Of a stretch of 30,415 nt of DNA, positions 1-30,415 are shown one piece after another. A program made the translations under genes and the position numbers. Source of the stretch: Macrostomum lignano (taxonomy: Eukaryota); NCBI GenBank assembly GCA_002269645.1, contig NIVC01003226.1, positions 1-30,415 of the forward strand, given 5' to 3'. The stretch's first letter is position 1, and every line of letters starts with the position of its first letter. Under the pieces are notes generated by a model. That model was not told where the DNA came from. It was given only the letters and a program-made list of their open reading frames with translations, and searched no databases.

Positions 1-2104
1 CAATATTTACAGCATTTTCAAGTGTCACATTTTCTGTCTTTTTAACTTTTATTCAACTCATTGTTTCATAGAATACTTCATACTTTGGACCATTCTATTT
101 TGTAAACTTTTTAGCAAGCTTATTACAGCCAAAAATAGCAGTAATATTTACTTGTTTGTCATTTTCGTAGCTAAATTGGAAAATTAAATTTTACTCACGA
201 GCTCAAACGTTTTCTCCTATTTTCTATTAGTAAAATTTCGAGATTGGAAATTTGGCAACTTCAGGTCGTCTATTATATTCAACTAGGCTCAATTATTGAG
301 CTCGATTTGAGCATTTTGTTTTGTTAACCCTTGATTATTAGTGTAGTCATCTTGCCACACCTTGGCCCGCTAGTTCTGCAGTGCAACTTTTTCTTGCAAC
401 CATTAATCTCTTGCTGACGAATTATAAAAACAATATTTTTACAAGCATTATCTTTTCGCTCGAAATCGAGCTAAAGCCGCCATCTTTGTGAAACTTTTCG
501 TTTATTGAATCAAATATCTCTCGCTCTTCGCTTTTACTTTCTGTCTTTTTGTCATTTTTACGGAGCATTCCTTTCCGCCTGGCAGCCAGTGGGCCCCCAG
601 CCGCCGTCTCCGCAATCAATGGGGTGCTGAAATCAAGCTGAATGGGAGCCAAGTTAATTGTGGGATGCAATTCATTTTGGGATATGTTCGTACAGGTAAA
701 TACCAGTAGGCGGGTGGCGGACGCAGCTAGACATGCAATCCTATTGAGCCGAATCTCCAAGGCAGAAAAAATGCTACCTTTCTACACTGCACCTCAGCTG
801 CGTGCGGCTCCGCCACTACCAGCCACGGCGCCCCCAACCCTCGCTTCCCATTCCGCTTCGATCAATAAAACGAAATCCCGCCCTCTGGTCCCGCTGCATC
901 GCTGCCAGCTGTACGCCCTGCACAATCGAGCCAGAGGCCCACCTCTTGTTTTCTGCTTCCATCGTTTTCATCCCAGCTTCCGCCTCTGGGTTATTCACCG
1001 GTGTTTTTGTTGTCCGCCCATTCCAAGTCTCTCCCAGACCTCAGCTGCAGAACAGACACCTCGATCTTAGCTAGTTGGCGCGTCAGGATTGGAAGACATT
1101 TTTGGGCTGCGGCCTCCCCTATTTTTCCCCATCGCCCCCACCATTCGAACCCGAACAGTATTCTGCTGTAGTACGACTTCCTCGGAGGTTCCTACCCCAG
1201 TCTGGGCTGTATTGATTTGTGACTAATATGGCAGGCAAGGCATCTGTTCCTGGAGCGATGTACGCGGTCTCGGCCTCCATGTAAACTACCGTCTTGCCAA
1301 AAATTCTCGCTACCTCTTGCTCCATCTTAACCCTGCGATCGCGGTTCTGCACTTGGGCGCTCTTCCTGCAACTGCTTTTTATCTTCTCCGGCTCTGAGTA
1401 AGTTTCTCTCATTAAATTCTGTAAGAGCACAATATATTGACTGCCTAGACGCACTTGCATTTTTTCGCCGTACAGGGCATCCATTTTTAAACAAGTTCAT
1501 AATATAACTCAATTAATAGCCACAACAAAAAAATGAACTCGCTGATTCTTAAGTAATTTAATTGTTGAAGACTCCATTTAAAAACATTGAGCTAGCTTCC
1601 TGCTCAAAAAACATTGAGCAGCCCAACGCAGCTCATGCTTCCTAGCTTGAGCTGCCTTGATCTGCGTTTTATTAAAACATCTACACGCAAGAAATTACAA
1701 GTAAAAATACGTATGGTGTTCGCATCAGGCCGGCGGGCTGCTGGCCTAGAATAGTCAAATATTATACGTGACTAAATTCTGAGTCACTCTCCAACCAGGC
1801 AGTATCATGCCGTTATACTAAAAGTGGCAATGCCAAGAATGCAGCGGATTTTGATTTTGTATAGAAGTATACGAGCTACAATAATGTATGTGTATAAGTA
1901 GTAACAAGAAGCTTTACGACAGTTTCAGACAAAAAGACATACCTTACGACTCGATCTTTACTGTTAGATCGAACGATTTCGCTGCGACAACTTGAGAATT
2001 ATATTTCCTGCTGGCCGCGATATCTATTAAAAAAGCGTTATAAATAGTAAAACTTGCAGCAACTAACACCCAAACACTAAAAAAACAAACAAATAGTTTT
2101 AAAG

Positions 2105-2168
2105 TTTTTAATTTCTTTTACTTTTGCCTTCATGCCTGTTGTGAAATTATTTGTTTTGTTTTAAACAG
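2105..2168 (+). promoter_or_regulatory. 3' splice acceptor 13 nt upstream of the filamin ATG (5'UTR intron or trans-splice site)
   Basis: Long T-rich tract ending tttgttttgttttaaacAG at 2167-68. Confidence 0.65.
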
Positions 2169-2181
2169 ACTACTTCCTGCA

Positions 2182-28007
<25,826 letters not shown>

Positions 28008-28874
28008 GTGAGTTGCACTTTTAGCTCCTGTGGGAGGAATCTGTCTACAGGGTTTACATACCGCTGTGTACTTTTAAACAAATAGATTACCTGTAAGTAT
28101 ATATATGAGTAAAACGTTTGATTTCCAGTGCCAATTAACACTTAACTTACTACCTGACATTTTTTTGCCTAATCCAACAAACCCTAATCAAACCTTAACT
28201 GCTAGATGATCAGTTTTGCTTAACCCTGGTCTCAGCCCCTGCTTTGCTGAGCTGCCATTAACTGCTGCACTCATATCAGTCATTCAACTGTCTATTGTGG
28301 CCAAACTCAGAGATGTCTCATGTCTGTCTAATTAATTCTCGTAGCCCCTGGTGTCTTTATTCATCAATTCGGCGAACAATCGCAGCCCCAAGATTTCCTG
28401 CGAAATTCCTTCTTCTCTGCCTTGCCGCCACCACACGCTGTACTCCACCGCCTGTATGCAGTCCGTGTTTGCGTGTGCTGCAATCTCTGACAATAACTTT
28501 TATGCTCAGCGTACAAAGCGCTGTGTAGCAAGAACTCTATAGCCCTTCGGAGGGGCAGGCGCGGGGCAGAGTGGGCGAAATGAAGAGACAGGAGAGGCTG
28601 ACCCTGGCAGCCACGCCCCGTACTCTGAGTAAATATAACTCCACCAGTGTGTGGTTTTTATTTGGTGCGTATAAATTGCGCCCAAGGCTTGCCATTGGGC
28701 TGCGAATTCTGTTCTGTCTTTGGCAATTAGATTTTCCTCCGTGTCGGCTGTCAGTCACTCAGTTGCTCAAGTCTCCTCCAATGCTAGCGGCAAAGGTTCT
28801 CTGCATTGAAGACCTGCGATGGGCGCGGCCTACCGTGCTTGGCGTTCGGCTGAAGGTAAACTACGGATATGAGG

Positions 28875-29625
28875 ACAGGTTAGGAGGACAGGCATCATCC
28901 ATAGGACAGGGGCGGGAGGACAGGCATCATCCATAGGACAGGGGCGGCGGGGAGGACAGGCATCATCCATAGGACAGGGGCGGGAGGATAGGCATCATCC
29001 ATAGGACAGGGCAGGACAGACAGGCATCATCCATAGGACAGGGGCGGGAGGATAGGCATCATCCATAGGACAGGGTAGGACAGACCGGCATCATTCCAAA
29101 GGACAGGGCAGGACAGACCGGCATCATCCAAAGGACAGGGCAGGACAGACAGGCATCATCCAAAGGACAGGGCAGGACAGACCGGCATCATCCAAAGGAC
29201 AGGGCAGGACAGACAGGCATCATCCATAGGACAGGGGCGGGAGGACAGGCATCATCCATAGGACAGGGTAGGACAGACCGGCATCATCCAAAGACAGGGC
29301 AGGACAGACCGGCATCATCCAAAGGACAGGGCAGGACAGACAGGCATCATCCAAAGGACAGGGCAGGACAGACAGGCATCATCCAAAGGGCAGGGGCGGG
29401 AGGACAGGCATCATCCATAGGACAGGGGCGCGGAGGACAGGCATCATCCATAGGACAGGGGCGGGAGGACAGGCATCATCCATAGGACAGGGGCGGGAGG
29501 ACAGGCATCATCCATAGGACAGGGGTGGGAGGACAGGCATCATCCATAGGACAGGGGCGGAAGGACAGGCATCCATGCATGTAGGACAGGTGTAGGAGGA
29601 CAGGCATCCATAGGACAGGTGTAGG
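28875..29625. repeat. ~32-bp purine-rich minisatellite, intron 14
   Basis: Unit AGGACAGGCATCATCCATAGGACAGGGGCGGG and variants. Confidence 0.92.
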
Positions 29626-30164
29626 AGAGGCAGACACAAGAAAAGAACAATGAGCCCAAAGTACGCCGCCATTCAGTGTCGCGCACACTGGTCAGAGTGC
29701 GCGTCATTAATCAGCTTGCCTCAGCCTCGCGCAGTCGTGATGAAGCTGTCTGTATTAGTGCAGCCAATGGGACTGCCGGCCCCAGCTTGTATGATTTCAC
29801 TCTGCCCAGATGTAGGGGGGGGGGGGGGTGAGGCTCCGTTGATTGAGTCGCCCTCCGATTGCACGACCAAGGCCTGAATTATTTAGGATCAAATCCTGCT
29901 GGCGCTTCGGTTTCCCGCCAGGTATAAAATGCTGACCCTTGAAGAGGCTGGAAGCAGAGAGTTAAGCGAAGCTTGGCTTCCTGGCCTCTTCCCTTCCCCC
30001 GCCGCTTCTCCTGACCCCGCATCGGCACCAGTTTCTAAGAGCAACAGGACTCTGAGGAAGGGTAAATCTGATTGAGATTCAATTCAGAGCGCCGCCTGCC
30101 AGCCTTTGTGAGGGATTGAATGGCCTCGGCCACTGTCTGCGCCTGTGCAATTTACTGCCTGCCC

Positions 30165-30228
30165 GTCTGTTTGGTCTGGTCTGTCTGTCTGTCAGTTTCG
30201 TCTGGTCTATCTGTCTGTCTGTCTGTCC

Positions 30229-30272
<44 letters not shown>

Positions 30273-30390
30273 AGTTTCGTCTGGTCTATCTGTCTGTCTG
30301 TCTGTCTGTCTCTGTCTGCTCTGTCTGTCTGTCTTCTGTCTGTCTGTCTGTCTGTCTGCTGTCTGTCTGTCTGCCTGTCTGTCTGTCTGG
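30165..30390. repeat. (TCTG)n microsatellite
   Basis: Direct reading. Confidence 0.93.
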
Positions 30391-30415
30391 TTGCCGAATC
30401 CCCCCCCCCCTAGAA

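Noticed and set aside
28008-30415. Further filamin exons or a poly(A) site after exon 14
   Set aside because: No filamin-like translation in any frame; the gene appears to continue beyond the window

Overview
Eukaryotic (metazoan) genomic DNA. Nearly the whole window is the 5' part of one + strand, spliced filamin gene (FLNA/B/C, Drosophila cheerio family). I reconstructed 14 coding exons from 2182 to 28007; all 13 introns are GT..AG and phase-consistent. They encode CH1, CH2 and 13 Ig-like filamin repeats; the gene continues past the window end. Two Gln/Pro-rich low-complexity inserts interrupt the rod, one as a symmetric 192-nt exon. Four single-base losses in G/C runs (exons 12-13) break the frame as given; restoring them gives a 5238-nt (1746-codon) open CDS. 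The introns hold one clear MITE (27-bp perfect TIRs) and more than a dozen tandem arrays, mostly a different family in each intron. Many array units carry splice-signal motifs on the sense strand: a branch-point + CAG|GT 15-mer array, and two arrays built around their own intron's donor hexamer. GC-rich exons with minisatellite-filled introns would fit a flatworm such as Macrostomum, but that is inference only. No prokaryotic features, CRISPR arrays or RNA genes are supported.
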